DNA of 38,112 bases from a virus: positions 1 through 38,112 of IMG/VR virus record IMGVR_UViG_3300017440_000005. One strand, 5' to 3'. This document shows, piece by piece, positions 14,662 to 23,888 of the stretch; position 1 is the first letter of the stretch, and each line of letters opens with the position of its first letter. The position numbers were made by a program, and so were the translations under genes. Under the pieces are notes generated by a model. The model searched no databases. It saw nothing but the letters and a program-made list of their open reading frames with translations, and was not told where the DNA came from.

Positions 14662-16361
14662 CAGCGCACCCGCACGATCTTGAACTGGGACATACGGTCG
14701 GCTTTCGGTTGCGGTTTATCGGGCGTGTAGGTGCGGGCGACCCGGTCAGGATTAGCAGAAGCGTCTCGTGCATATCCTCGATAGCTTTCGGCTGTCTGAT
14801 TATACGCATCGCGGTACGCTTTGTAGCTTTGGTAAGCCGCTCGAACCATGTTCTTCCGCTGAGTAGGGTTCAACCGTTCGCCACTAAGTGCTTTGTTGTA
14901 AGCGTTCCTAACTGTATCAGAGACACCACCTGCATTTTGCGCGGTTGCAAACTCCCCTTCGCGTACAGTCGACTCAGCATCGAGTGATTTCATGAACGAG
15001 AATATCACTGCAATGTCGTCTTGTGCTGTAGCCTTTGGGTTGAGCGCTAAAGAGCGCAAAGCTTGAAACTGCGTCCGTGCTTTCTTGAAGGTTTTGACTT
15101 CAGGCAGCGAGTCGAATTCCTTCCGAAGAGAGCCTTCGCTCTTTCGCGTTTCGGGAGAAGCGCCCTGTTCCGAGCGATCAGCAGGGCCACCAGGAATAGG
15201 CTCTAGCCGATCGCCGCTGTAACGATAACCGCTTGGTGCAGCCGTCTGCTTTGGACGCCCCATGATGACGCTCGGAGTGCCGGATTGCTGGCGCTGTCCG
15301 CCGGCCGGTAGACCCTCCACCATTGTACGGATTGTGGTCTGCCCCCGAGCGAGATTGCGGCGAACCTGCGCAGCCGCAGCGCGCAACCCTTCCTCTTTTG
15401 ACCCGAACTTGCGATAGCCTCCGGTGCGCGGGTCGGTGAGATTACCGGGATTGTTGTTACGATCCGCCAATGACCCGCGCCCGCCTTCGGAGAGCGTGAG
15501 CGCGCGTGCGATCGTCATGGGATCAAGCCCGCTGATGTCGCCATCTGCCGGCACACGGAGCGCCTGAGCCATGCCTGCGATCTTACCGTCAACCGCAGCG
15601 TCGGTGTTGTCGCCTCCGTTGCGAGCGCGAGGCGTCCAGCCGTATTGCGTGCGCCCGGTTACTGCCTCACCCCCGCCAGATGCGGGCGCGCTTCCGCCGC
15701 TTGGTGCGCCATAGACCGGCGTTGCTGAGCCGCCATCCACGCGCACCAACATCCCGCCCTCGGGCACGGCCTGGTATTTCGGCTCAGCCGGATTTTCCGC
15801 AATTATGCCGTCACCGGAGTAGCGGCGCGATCCCGGCGCAAGCGTGTACGGCTCTGCCGCCTTCATGCGCGCTGCCAGTGCCGCCTTGCCGCGGGCGGAA
15901 AGCTCATACTGCGCATCAAGCCCGGCGTCGGACCAATCGTTGTTTGCGATTTCCTCGGGTGTGAAACCAGCCTGCGCGAGGATTGGAGCTGCCACGGCTG
16001 CGCGCTGTTCCGGCGGGAGCGCCTTCAACTGCGGGTGCAGCGTACCGATTGTATCAATCTCGCGCTGGAACTGCCCGAGCTGATCTTCGCGCAAGCCACC
16101 TAGCGCGCGAGCGAAGTCGAAATCGCCGCCTAGTGCCGCTTCGCGCTGTGCACCAGCATAGTCACCACCCCGCGCCTGCTGCGCCAGCGTCACACGAGAT
16201 TGATCCTGCTGCTGTGTCCGGTTGAACGCGTACTGATCCTGCGCGGCTCGCTGCTGCGCAATCTGTGCTCGCTGGCGTTCGAGCACCAACTGCTGTTCGC
16301 GCGTTGCTTCCTCACCGTAGGTCTGAAGCGCACGGAGGCCAGTGTTGAAATCGATCGCCAT
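14661..16361 (-). CDS. internal virion / ejection protein (P22 gp20 position) with NNPGNL motif domain
   Basis: 566 aa; central LSEGGRGSLADRNNNPGNLTDPRTGGYRKFGSKEEGLRAAAAQV; function not assignable from sequence alone. Confidence 0.5.
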   Translation of the reverse strand: MAIDFNTGLRALQTYGEEATREQQLVLERQRAQIAQQRAAQDQYAFNRTQQQDQSRVTLAQQARGGDYAGAQREAALGGDFDFARALGGLREDQLGQFQREIDTIGTLHPQLKALPPEQRAAVAAPILAQAGFTPEEIANNDWSDAGLDAQYELSARGKAALAARMKAAEPYTLAPGSRRYSGDGIIAENPAEPKYQAVPEGGMLVRVDGGSATPVYGAPSGGSAPASGGGEAVTGRTQYGWTPRARNGGDNTDAAVDGKIAGMAQALRVPADGDISGLDPMTIARALTLSEGGRGSLADRNNNPGNLTDPRTGGYRKFGSKEEGLRAAAAQVRRNLARGQTTIRTMVEGLPAGGQRQQSGTPSVIMGRPKQTAAPSGYRYSGDRLEPIPGGPADRSEQGASPETRKSEGSLRKEFDSLPEVKTFKKARTQFQALRSLALNPKATAQDDIAVIFSFMKSLDAESTVREGEFATAQNAGGVSDTVRNAYNKALSGERLNPTQRKNMVRAAYQSYKAYRDAYNQTAESYRGYARDASANPDRVARTYTPDKPQPKADRMSQFKIVRVR

Positions 16362-17050
16362 CAGCCGCCGAAGCCTCCTGCGTAGCTCGACGCTAGGTTG
16401 GTCAGCGCGCGATCACCGCTTTTGATAAGGTTGGACCAAATAGCCCCGTTCATCAGCGCAGCATTGCCGCGGGTGTCTGCGAGCGTCTGATTGGCCTGGT
16501 TGTTGGCCTGCACCGTTTGCGTGGCTACGCCAGACACGTTGCCGATCGCGCTGTTACCAGTCTGAATGAGCGTGTTGAGGTTGCCGAGATACTGCTGCTG
16601 GTTCTGATCGGCCAGCGCCATGCCTTTGCGTTGCAGAGCTTTCAGCGTGGCGCCACTATCGCCCATGCCTGAGGCGTAGGCGTTGGCATTCACCGCGCCC
16701 AGTCCGGTATTAAGCAGGTCCTGATACCCGGTCGACGCCCGGTAAGTGCCGAGTGCGGCCGATGCAGCCTGACCACCAAACGGGTTGCCCGTCATCTCAT
16801 AGGACTGGCCTTCGTGCCCTGCCTGCCCGTAAGTCGGTTGCGCACCCTGCCCAATCCCGAGCAAGCCTGAGTAAAGCGATGCTGCTGAATTGCCCCGATC
16901 AATATTTGGCTGGTTGAGACCGGTGATGAACTGCCGGTTCTCGTTGTTGGCAGCGATAATCTTGTCGGTAGTCTGCGCCTGAATTTTGGCGGCTTTCTTC
17001 GTTGCCTTGCCTTGGATGACAGACCCGATGATGTCACCGAACAACGACAT
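16361..17050 (-). CDS. ejection / DNA-transfer protein (P22 gp7-like)
   Basis: ATG 17050 preceded by AAGGA. The Q/N/G/A-rich composition and length resemble P22 gp7; track ORF trimmed from 17161. Confidence 0.5.
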   Translation of the reverse strand: MSLFGDIIGSVIQGKATKKAAKIQAQTTDKIIAANNENRQFITGLNQPNIDRGNSAASLYSGLLGIGQGAQPTYGQAGHEGQSYEMTGNPFGGQAASAALGTYRASTGYQDLLNTGLGAVNANAYASGMGDSGATLKALQRKGMALADQNQQQYLGNLNTLIQTGNSAIGNVSGVATQTVQANNQANQTLADTRGNAALMNGAIWSNLIKSGDRALTNLASSYAGGFGG

Positions 17051-17102
17051 GGCAGCGTCCTTATAGCCGATTAGGCATAGTTTGTAGGATTGTCCCCGGT
17101 CC

Positions 17103-17732
17103 TCACTGTTCCTGCAACGTCCGCGGGCGCACGAAGCCCGGCCGTGTCGGACCGTCTCCACCGTCTGACGTGCCTGTCTCAGGTATCTGAACCGCGCCTA
17201 CGACGTGCGTGTCACCCGTCTGCGTGGGAGGCTCGGCAGTGACGAGATATGTCACGGTCCCGCCGTCGCGCTCGGGATCGCTGTAGGACACATAATCTAC
17301 GTCACCAGGGCCGCTCGCAGCGATGGCTGCGCCTGCAACGGGCACGCCAACCGGAGCACCGCTGGGTTGCGGATAGTAGCGCGTGTGAGCGGCAATGGTG
17401 ATTGTCGACGGCGTAGCGGTAAGCACGCTGGCGGGTTCGATGTAGCTGCTCTGTAACGACGTTTCGCGCTGCTGCGCGGCGTTAGCTACGGCGGTGTCGT
17501 CTGCTGCCCCCTGCGCTGCCGCTGCGGCCTCGTTCGCGGCTTTGGTGGCATCGTCTAGATTTTGGATCGCGAGCTGTATCTCGGGAAGCTGCGCAATCTG
17601 ATTGATTGCCTCGGTTACGTTTCCGTTATTGTCGTTGATCAGACGGACGAACCACGCGGCGGGCCGGCCGTCCTTATCTACGATCGCCTGAGACTGTTGC
17701 AGGATCGCCGTCTTGACGAACGGCCGCGCCAT
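17103..17732 (-). CDS. tail needle / plug candidate (P22 gp26 position)
   Basis: N-terminal coiled-coil-like region (IAQLPEIQLAIQNLDDATKAANEAAAAAQ); TAATG overlap with the gp10-like stop. Confidence 0.4.
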   Translation of the reverse strand: MARPFVKTAILQQSQAIVDKDGRPAAWFVRLINDNNGNVTEAINQIAQLPEIQLAIQNLDDATKAANEAAAAAQGAADDTAVANAAQQRETSLQSSYIEPASVLTATPSTITIAAHTRYYPQPSGAPVGVPVAGAAIAASGPGDVDYVSYSDPERDGGTVTYLVTAEPPTQTGDTHVVGAVQIPETGTSDGGDGPTRPGFVRPRTLQEQ

Positions 17733-19048
17733 TAGGCCCAAGCCTCCTCTGCCATCATGCCCGAGAAGCGCACGCGAACGTCTGTAACACAGCTAAGCTC
17801 GAACGTGCGGACCGGCTGGTCGGGCCGTCCTAACCGCCACAGAATGCCAACGTCGAACGGCGCGCGCACGTCGATCTTATCGTAGTAGGCCGGGTAGTCG
17901 TCCTGCCCGTCCTTCCAGCGAAGTCGCACCAGCGTGTCAGCCGACGCGCCTACGCCGATTGAGACGCTATCGTTGCGAGGCGGCTTGCCCTGGATCGGCA
18001 CCGTGCACGACACAGCCCGCTCGAACACTACGCCATCATCGGTGGTTGCGTTTGGATCGACGCGCCACAGCCGGCCGTCTACGTCGGATGCTGCGATTGT
18101 GTCGCCGTTGACCTGATAGCCGTAGCCTACAGGCCACGTGAACTCGCTCCAAGCCTGCGTTGCCGCATCATAGGCAAAGCGACCCTGCCCCGGTATGGTG
18201 AGGACGTAGAAGCTGTGCCCGTCGACGCCGAACGTCCATGCTGAGCATGGTGCGACAGCTTTTCGGATGCGCTCGGCTATCCCGCTATCACTGATGACCT
18301 GCGGAACGGATGAGGCGCGGTAGACTTGATAATCGTCGCCCACCCAGACAAGCGTGTTATCGAAGCGTCGGACAGCATCACGGTAGAGACATCCGCGTTC
18401 GAAGTTGCGGCCCGAGGCACGCTGAAACGGTGCGTCCTGATCGCCGGTCGGTTGCCATACCTCGACGTTCTCTTGCCCGAATATCCAGAACTCGTCACCG
18501 AGCCGGCGCACGGCCACGGCTTTGTCGGGCAGGCTTTCGGCGGTAGCGAAGTTAAGCGCGTCGATTGCTGTTTCGCCGGGCACGAGCCAATAGAAGCGAC
18601 CCGTTGACTGCAACAGGATTGCGTAGCCATTGAGCTGGTCCACGTCCTGCACCGCGGCAAACACAGGTGCGTCGTCGGGCAGCGTGAGCGGCGCGATCGT
18701 GTCGGTGTACCGGTAGGCAAGACTGCCGCCCACGATCACCGTGGCGAAGGGGGTGGATGCAATGGCGACGGGATCGCTACCAGGAATACCGCCCTTGCTG
18801 ACCTCGTTGGTGTAGAGGGTAGAGCCTGCCACTGTGAGGCGCTCGCCCGTCGACGTGCGGTAATGCACGCCGCGGATGATGGATTTTAGATCGCCTAGCT
18901 TGGCTAATCCGGGCCGCTGAATGCGCAGCGTGTTGTCGGGGCTGATCCCGCTCTGGTCCTTTTCCAGATACATGTTGCGTAGAATGACCTCAGGCACCAG
19001 CCCGTCGCTGCGCTTGTAAGAGCCGATACCAAGCGGGATGATAGGCAT
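17732..19048 (-). CDS. tail hub / packaged-DNA stabilisation protein (P22 gp10-like)
   Basis: 438 aa. The N-terminus [27 protein letters not shown] parallels P22 gp10 MPIQQLPMMKGMGKDFKNADYIDYLPVNML; similar length and repeated beta-strand character. Confidence 0.55.
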   Translation of the reverse strand: MPIIPLGIGSYKRSDGLVPEVILRNMYLEKDQSGISPDNTLRIQRPGLAKLGDLKSIIRGVHYRTSTGERLTVAGSTLYTNEVSKGGIPGSDPVAIASTPFATVIVGGSLAYRYTDTIAPLTLPDDAPVFAAVQDVDQLNGYAILLQSTGRFYWLVPGETAIDALNFATAESLPDKAVAVRRLGDEFWIFGQENVEVWQPTGDQDAPFQRASGRNFERGCLYRDAVRRFDNTLVWVGDDYQVYRASSVPQVISDSGIAERIRKAVAPCSAWTFGVDGHSFYVLTIPGQGRFAYDAATQAWSEFTWPVGYGYQVNGDTIAASDVDGRLWRVDPNATTDDGVVFERAVSCTVPIQGKPPRNDSVSIGVGASADTLVRLRWKDGQDDYPAYYDKIDVRAPFDVGILWRLGRPDQPVRTFELSCVTDVRVRFSGMMAEEAWA

Positions 19049-19938
19049 CAGCCGAGCACTTCCTCAGTCTGCGCGACGATAGACGCAGCGCCGGTGCCGG
19101 CGATCGTCTGTTGCAGCATTACGTAGTGGCCAGCGGGCACAATGTAGCGCAACGCAGCGGTGTTGCTGGTGGTCAGCGCCAGCGTGACGGACACACCCAC
19201 GCCGCTAGTCGCCTCTACCACGTCGCGCACGGTCGTGGGCGGGTTGCTGGCATCACTGAGTAACCGCACAGTCGTGCTAGATGTGCCTGCCAACAGCGGG
19301 TTCGTCACCTGCGCCTTAACCGCATAGCTGCACTCGACCGCCTTAGTGGCGCTGGGCTGGAATGCGGTGCCGATCGCGCGCGTAGGCGTGGAAGGCGTCA
19401 CAGTGCCTAAGCCGGCGGGGCCGGTCGCACCCGTAGCGCCTTGCGGTCCAGTAGCCCCGGTGGCTCCAGTCGGGCCGGCTACTCCTTGTGCGCCTGTGTC
19501 ACCCTTCGCCCCCTGCGCGCCAGTTGCGCCCGTAGGACCAACAGCGCCAGCCGCGCCAGTGTCACCCTTAACGCCAGCCGGTCCCGTAGCGCCTTGAACA
19601 CCGACATCTCCCTTTGCGCCGGTGGAGCCTTGGATGCCCTGTGCGCCCGTGGCTCCTGGGTCGCCCTTGGGTCCGGCAGGGCCTTGCGGACCAGTCTGCC
19701 CGACAACAGCCTTGGCGAACTCGCCATCCATGTACGTCTTGGCGTCAGTAGCCGACGTGAACCCGCTGCCATCTTTGCGCGCGTACTCACCATAGACGAG
19801 CTGTGCGAGGCGGGTGCCGCTCAGCGTGAAGATGTGGACACGATCGCCGTCTAGCACCGTCGTGAGCGACCGTGCGGGCTGTGCCGCTAAGCCGTCCATC
19901 TGGATCGCGTCGTTCTCGAACCATACGCGTGTCGTCAT
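19048..19938 (-). CDS. collagen-like tail fibre protein
   Basis: 32 uninterrupted Gly-X-Y triplets ([16 protein letters not shown]...GATGPAG) followed by a globular C-terminal domain. Confidence 0.85.
   Translation of the reverse strand: MTTRVWFENDAIQMDGLAAQPARSLTTVLDGDRVHIFTLSGTRLAQLVYGEYARKDGSGFTSATDAKTYMDGEFAKAVVGQTGPQGPAGPKGDPGATGAQGIQGSTGAKGDVGVQGATGPAGVKGDTGAAGAVGPTGATGAQGAKGDTGAQGVAGPTGATGATGPQGATGATGPAGLGTVTPSTPTRAIGTAFQPSATKAVECSYAVKAQVTNPLLAGTSSTTVRLLSDASNPPTTVRDVVEATSGVGVSVTLALTTSNTAALRYIVPAGHYVMLQQTIAGTGAASIVAQTEEVLG
19414..19701 (-). repeat. coding Gly-X-Y (collagen triple-helix) repeat tract
   Basis: aa 80-175 of the 296-aa protein; 9-nt-scale periodicity visible in the DNA. 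Confidence 0.9.
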
Positions 19939-20489
19939 GCCTCGTACCCGTCTGGATAGAACTCAGGGCTGAACTCCACCAGTGTCATAGGTACGCTGGC
20001 CGTCAGCATGATCTTAGCGCCATTATTGAAGAAGCTGTTGCGCACGGGAAATTTGAAATCGACTCTGATCTTTTCCTCAACGCCAGGCTGCGCGGTGATG
20101 GCCATATTCTTACCGCCAAGCTCAATGACGCCCGCCATGAACGACACACGCAGGACACCACCCACCTTATCCGGTACGACACGGATATCGCTGCTGTTGA
20201 AGAACGTGTCATAGAGCGCGTGCGGGCGCACTAACTTAGCGGTGTTGTCCCATGGTGCCCAATCGGTGAATGGACGGTTCAAACGACTGTTCGCCGCGGA
20301 TGCCGATAGATCGCGCATCATCTGCGTAGGCGTGCCTGCAACCAGTGACACCGTTACGCCAGCGTTATAGTCGTTGTCGGTGTAGTCGATGAACCCGCCA
20401 CCATATTCGCTGAACTCGCGGTTGTGAGCCGCCAGCGCCGCGTCGATGTCAGCTTGCGATGCACCGGGAGTGATGGCGAGGCCCGTCAT
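19935..20489 (-). CDS. hypothetical virion-module protein (184 aa)
   Basis: ATGA overlap with the collagen-like gene start; no family recognised. Confidence 0.5.
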   Translation of the reverse strand: MTGLAITPGASQADIDAALAAHNREFSEYGGGFIDYTDNDYNAGVTVSLVAGTPTQMMRDLSASAANSRLNRPFTDWAPWDNTAKLVRPHALYDTFFNSSDIRVVPDKVGGVLRVSFMAGVIELGGKNMAITAQPGVEEKIRVDFKFPVRNSFFNNGAKIMLTASVPMTLVEFSPEFYPDGYEA

Positions 20490-20533
20490 CTCTGCTCTCC
20501 TACACCTGAGACGTGGGGGTCATGATCATGAAG

Positions 20534-21925
20534 TTATCCAATTCCATACGGATAACTGCCGATATCAAGCTTCATATAGCCGATGTTGCAAATCTTACCC
20601 GCGCCGGAACGGTTAGCGTCAGTTCCTTTTTGACCGTAGAAACGAAGGGTCAGTGGCAGCGCCAGATTAGTAAACTCGGGTAACTGCGCTTGAACCACGC
20701 GCAGCACGTACCCCCCGCCGGTCTGGTCATAAACGCTTGACGCATTGGAAAACGGCTGGTCAGCAATTGCAATCTCAGCGCCATTATACAGCAGCGCTAG
20801 ACGGCAACTAGTGCTCGGCTGCGTGGCAGGTAAAATGATCGGAGCCGACAGGGTGACTGTCTGCCGTGATAGCCTACGCAGCGCCCCGGTGTCTGTAATC
20901 TGCGTGTCAATGTAACTGTCGGCGTTCGTGCCGATAGTCAGATCGATAGATCGCCCACCTGTGATGTATGTCGTGGTGTTCTCGGCCAGCGTGGCATTCG
21001 TCGCGCTAAATCCAGCAAGCGTGCCGGCTGAATATGTCGCGAAGTTGCCATTCGGAACGAGATTGGGGGTCGTGACATTAAACGTCGGCGCGCGAGGAAA
21101 GCGCATCTCAACGCCGCTGTCGAACAAGCCCAGCATCAAGCTCGTGATGTTGGCATGGCCTAGCACGGAAGGGTGAACTTCGGTTGCAGCCGTGCTGGCA
21201 TACCAAGTTGCCGGTTTACCTGCGGCCAGGAATAGCGTTTCAGCGGGAATGATCGTAGCGTTCTTTAAAGCCGCAAGACGACGTGCGTTTTCTGAACTCA
21301 CTGCCCCGTTGTTGCTGCCGTAAATAGGCCATTGCTCCATCACTACCACACCGGCCTTCATGTGCCATGACTGTATAGTGTCGAGCGTTGCCAGCATCTG
21401 AGCCAGCGTGGTTCCGTTGAAGCCGAAATCATAGATAATCAGATCGACTTGTCCGGTAGAGCCAAGTCCCGAAGGGTAATAGCCTTGCCCGACGTTGGGA
21501 CTACCAAGCGCGTGCGCCGGTATCGTGCCGCCCACACCGGTATTATAGACGATGACAGTTCGCCCGTTAGTGCCCGTTTTTACGGTTTCAGTAACGCCAT
21601 ATCCGCCCGTAGCGGCATTGTAATTGTATCGGTGTACCCACGTGAAAGCGGGATAGCGCGCAACTAACGCGTCGATAAACTGCGCTGACCATCCCTTGCC
21701 CGGCGATCCGCCCCCGTAGGTTGAGGTGCTGTCACCAGCGATTAAGATGTTCACGTTGGAGTTTGCATCGCCCAACCGCTTTTTGACGTTGAAGAAGGCG
21801 GATACACTTTCGTGCCCTAGCAACGAACGCGCCACAGGATCAGGTGCCGTAACACCTGCTGCATCAATCCCTGCTTGAAACAACGCTTTTTGAGTAGGAG
21901 TAAGGTTACGGATGTCGAGCGCCAT
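20534..21925 (-). CDS. SGNH/GDSL-hydrolase domain tail protein (putative glycan esterase)
   Basis: Blocks I-V: ILIAGDSTS (GDS), YNTGVGG, DFGFNG, EVHPSVLGH (DxxH-like); C-terminal beta-rich extension. Confidence 0.7.
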   Translation of the reverse strand: MALDIRNLTPTQKALFQAGIDAAGVTAPDPVARSLLGHESVSAFFNVKKRLGDANSNVNILIAGDSTSTYGGGSPGKGWSAQFIDALVARYPAFTWVHRYNYNAATGGYGVTETVKTGTNGRTVIVYNTGVGGTIPAHALGSPNVGQGYYPSGLGSTGQVDLIIYDFGFNGTTLAQMLATLDTIQSWHMKAGVVVMEQWPIYGSNNGAVSSENARRLAALKNATIIPAETLFLAAGKPATWYASTAATEVHPSVLGHANITSLMLGLFDSGVEMRFPRAPTFNVTTPNLVPNGNFATYSAGTLAGFSATNATLAENTTTYITGGRSIDLTIGTNADSYIDTQITDTGALRRLSRQTVTLSAPIILPATQPSTSCRLALLYNGAEIAIADQPFSNASSVYDQTGGGYVLRVVQAQLPEFTNLALPLTLRFYGQKGTDANRSGAGKICNIGYMKLDIGSYPYGIG

Positions 21926-22107
21926 CAGACGGCTCCCAGCACGAGGGTAAAGCTGTCGCTACCGTCCAACGACACGACAGAAGCGTCAGAGCCGTCCAAG
22001 GACAATGCGAGAAGGGGAGCCGATCCCGGTGGACTGTAGGGCGGCGCATATTGCCCCGACGCGACAGGCCACCCCTGTTGTAGCCCGTAAGCTTTAGGCA
22101 GAACCAT
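21925..22107 (-). CDS. small hypothetical virion-module protein (60 aa)
   Basis: TAATG and TGATG-type overlaps with both neighbours. Confidence 0.4.
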   Translation of the reverse strand: MVLPKAYGLQQGWPVASGQYAPPYSPPGSAPLLALSLDGSDASVVSLDGSDSFTLVLGAV

Positions 22108-22502
22108 TAGGAGAGGTTCGAGTACAGGCCGGTGACAGCCGAGTTGTTGGGATTGTATAGCCGCACGGAGGCGTTCTGACCGATGACGACACCCGTGGTT
22201 CCCGATGTCGTGCGGGTCGCTACATCACGCCACGTCACGCCGTCAGAGCCGAGCGATTGCAGCGTCACACTGGTGCCGGTGAACTGCGCGTCCCACAGGT
22301 AGGAGCCGCCAGCGACGCCCGTAACAGGCGTCGTGGTTGACCCAGTGGTCGGGTTAGCCGACGTGCCCGTCTGTGCGGTCAGGCTCTGGTTACTCGCAAG
22401 CTGGTAAGTCTGCGGTCCCGACGCCTGCCCTGCCGTCTTGGACGCTAGATTGCCGTCCACGATATAGACAGGCACCGCGTTCTGATCGTTCAAACCAACC
22501 AT
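22107..22502 (-). CDS. hypothetical beta-rich virion protein
   Basis: ATG 22502 overlaps the adaptor stop; Thr/Ser/Gly-rich. Confidence 0.45.
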   Translation of the reverse strand: MVGLNDQNAVPVYIVDGNLASKTAGQASGPQTYQLASNQSLTAQTGTSANPTTGSTTTPVTGVAGGSYLWDAQFTGTSVTLQSLGSDGVTWRDVATRTTSGTTGVVIGQNASVRLYNPNNSAVTGLYSNLS

Positions 22503-23110
22503 CAGCAATATACTCCCGGAACGGCTTGGCGCGGCGCGCTGTATCGATGGGTGAGTGTGACGAGGTAGCGGTTGGCTTGGCGCATCGTCCCCGCGCCGAC
22601 ATCAGCACCGAATATGTCGGCTATCTCCAGTGCGAGAACCGCCGCCAGCCCCTCGGGATCGTCACCAGAGCGCGGGGCCGTGGTGTCGAGCTGCAAAGCC
22701 TCGATCGCCACCCACTCACGCTCGGTGCCGTCGTAAATCCATGTCTCGACGTTCCCGCCGACTTCATCCTTGATCTGAGCCACTGCTCCGTCACGCGGCG
22801 GGCGGGCGTCCATGCCTGCGCGCTCCTCGTTGTACGGGCGAGGTTCACCGTAGCTCGTCACCATTGCAGGGAGCGTTACGGTGATCAGCGCTGAGGTGCG
22901 GATAATACGCTCGTTCTCACGCGCTACGTAATCTGTGAGCGGCACGACATCAGTCAGCCGCCCAAGCGCACCAGCGGCGATCCAAGAGCCGTAAAGCCCC
23001 TGGAGCGCCGCCAGCGTGTCGGTTTGGTCCGCCACACGGGGTTCACGCCCTGCCGCAAGCCTACCCAGCTTGCGAAGCGCGCTATTCACGATAAGGCGGC
23101 ACGTCGCCAC
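22502..23110 (-). CDS. head-to-tail adaptor (P22 gp4-like)
   Basis: LIVNSALRKLGRLAAGREPRVADQTDTLAALQGLYGSWIAAG parallels P22 gp4 [40 protein letters not shown]. Confidence 0.65.
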   Translation of the reverse strand: MATCRLIVNSALRKLGRLAAGREPRVADQTDTLAALQGLYGSWIAAGALGRLTDVVPLTDYVARENERIIRTSALITVTLPAMVTSYGEPRPYNEERAGMDARPPRDGAVAQIKDEVGGNVETWIYDGTEREWVAIEALQLDTTAPRSGDDPEGLAAVLALEIADIFGADVGAGTMRQANRYLVTLTHRYSAPRQAVPGVYC

Positions 23111-23431
23111 TTACTTCGTGGCCTCGTCCAGCTTCGAACGCAGCGTCGCCGCGGATGCGTTCTTGTTATAGCGTACGCCGAGCGCGTCCAAATGGCTGCG
23201 CAGTTCGGCCATCTCGGCCTCATCGTCAGCGGTGTTGAGATCGTCTTCATCGGCCGTCCCCACCTCAAACATCGGATTATTGCGGATGTTCTCGGCCCAC
23301 GGCAGACCCTGATACGCCAGGTCGCCAGGAACGCGGGTAGGCTCGCCCTTCACGAAGCGCAGACCACCCTCGGTGATGATCTGCGCCTCGGGCGAACCGT
23401 CCCCGAGCCACGTTGCGGTAAAGTCGGTCAC
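23111..23431 (-). CDS. hypothetical head-module protein with C-terminal HeH/SAP-like motif
   Basis: ELRSHLDALGVRYNKNASAATLRSKLDE resembles HeH/Rho-N helix-extension-helix motifs. Confidence 0.45.
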   Translation of the reverse strand: MTDFTATWLGDGSPEAQIITEGGLRFVKGEPTRVPGDLAYQGLPWAENIRNNPMFEVGTADEDDLNTADDEAEMAELRSHLDALGVRYNKNASAATLRSKLDEATK

Positions 23432-23441
23432 TGTGCCCTCC

Positions 23442-23876
23442 TTACGCCGGGTTTTCGATCACGCCGGAAAGTTCCGCCATGATCGTGCCCGTTGCGTTCG
23501 TGGTGGCTCCACCGATCGTCAGGATGACGGTGGTAAAGCCCGCATTGTTGAAGTCGCGACCCTTGAAGTCGAGAGCGTTAGCCGCACCCGCCGTCGCGGC
23601 CGACGTTGCCGGGAAATACCGGGTCGGGTCGCCAGCATCGCCGAGCGCAATCGTCACGCCAGCGCCGAGTGCATCCCACTTCATCGCGCCCGAGCGGACG
23701 AGGAAGTTGCGATGCACGCGGAACATGCGAACCGTGTCACCCGAAGCAATTGCACCCGTTGACTGAGTGCCAAGCGTGAACGTACCGCGCGCATTCTGGA
23801 GCGAGCGCCCGTCACCGGTCGGACCCGACACCGGATAGGTCGGCGGGGTCATCTGGAGGCTATTGAAAGTTGCCAT
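23442..23876 (-). CDS. possible head decoration / accessory capsid protein
   Basis: 144-aa beta-rich protein immediately downstream of the major capsid gene. Confidence 0.4.
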   Translation of the reverse strand: MATFNSLQMTPPTYPVSGPTGDGRSLQNARGTFTLGTQSTGAIASGDTVRMFRVHRNFLVRSGAMKWDALGAGVTIALGDAGDPTRYFPATSAATAGAANALDFKGRDFNNAGFTTVILTIGGATTNATGTIMAELSGVIENPA

Positions 23877-23888
23877 GTCTGAGGCTCC

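Noticed and set aside
19414-19701. Short-period repeats that might suggest a CRISPR array or a non-coding tandem repeat
   Set aside because: They are in-frame Gly-X-Y collagen triplets within a long ORF. There is no repeat-spacer architecture anywhere in the window.
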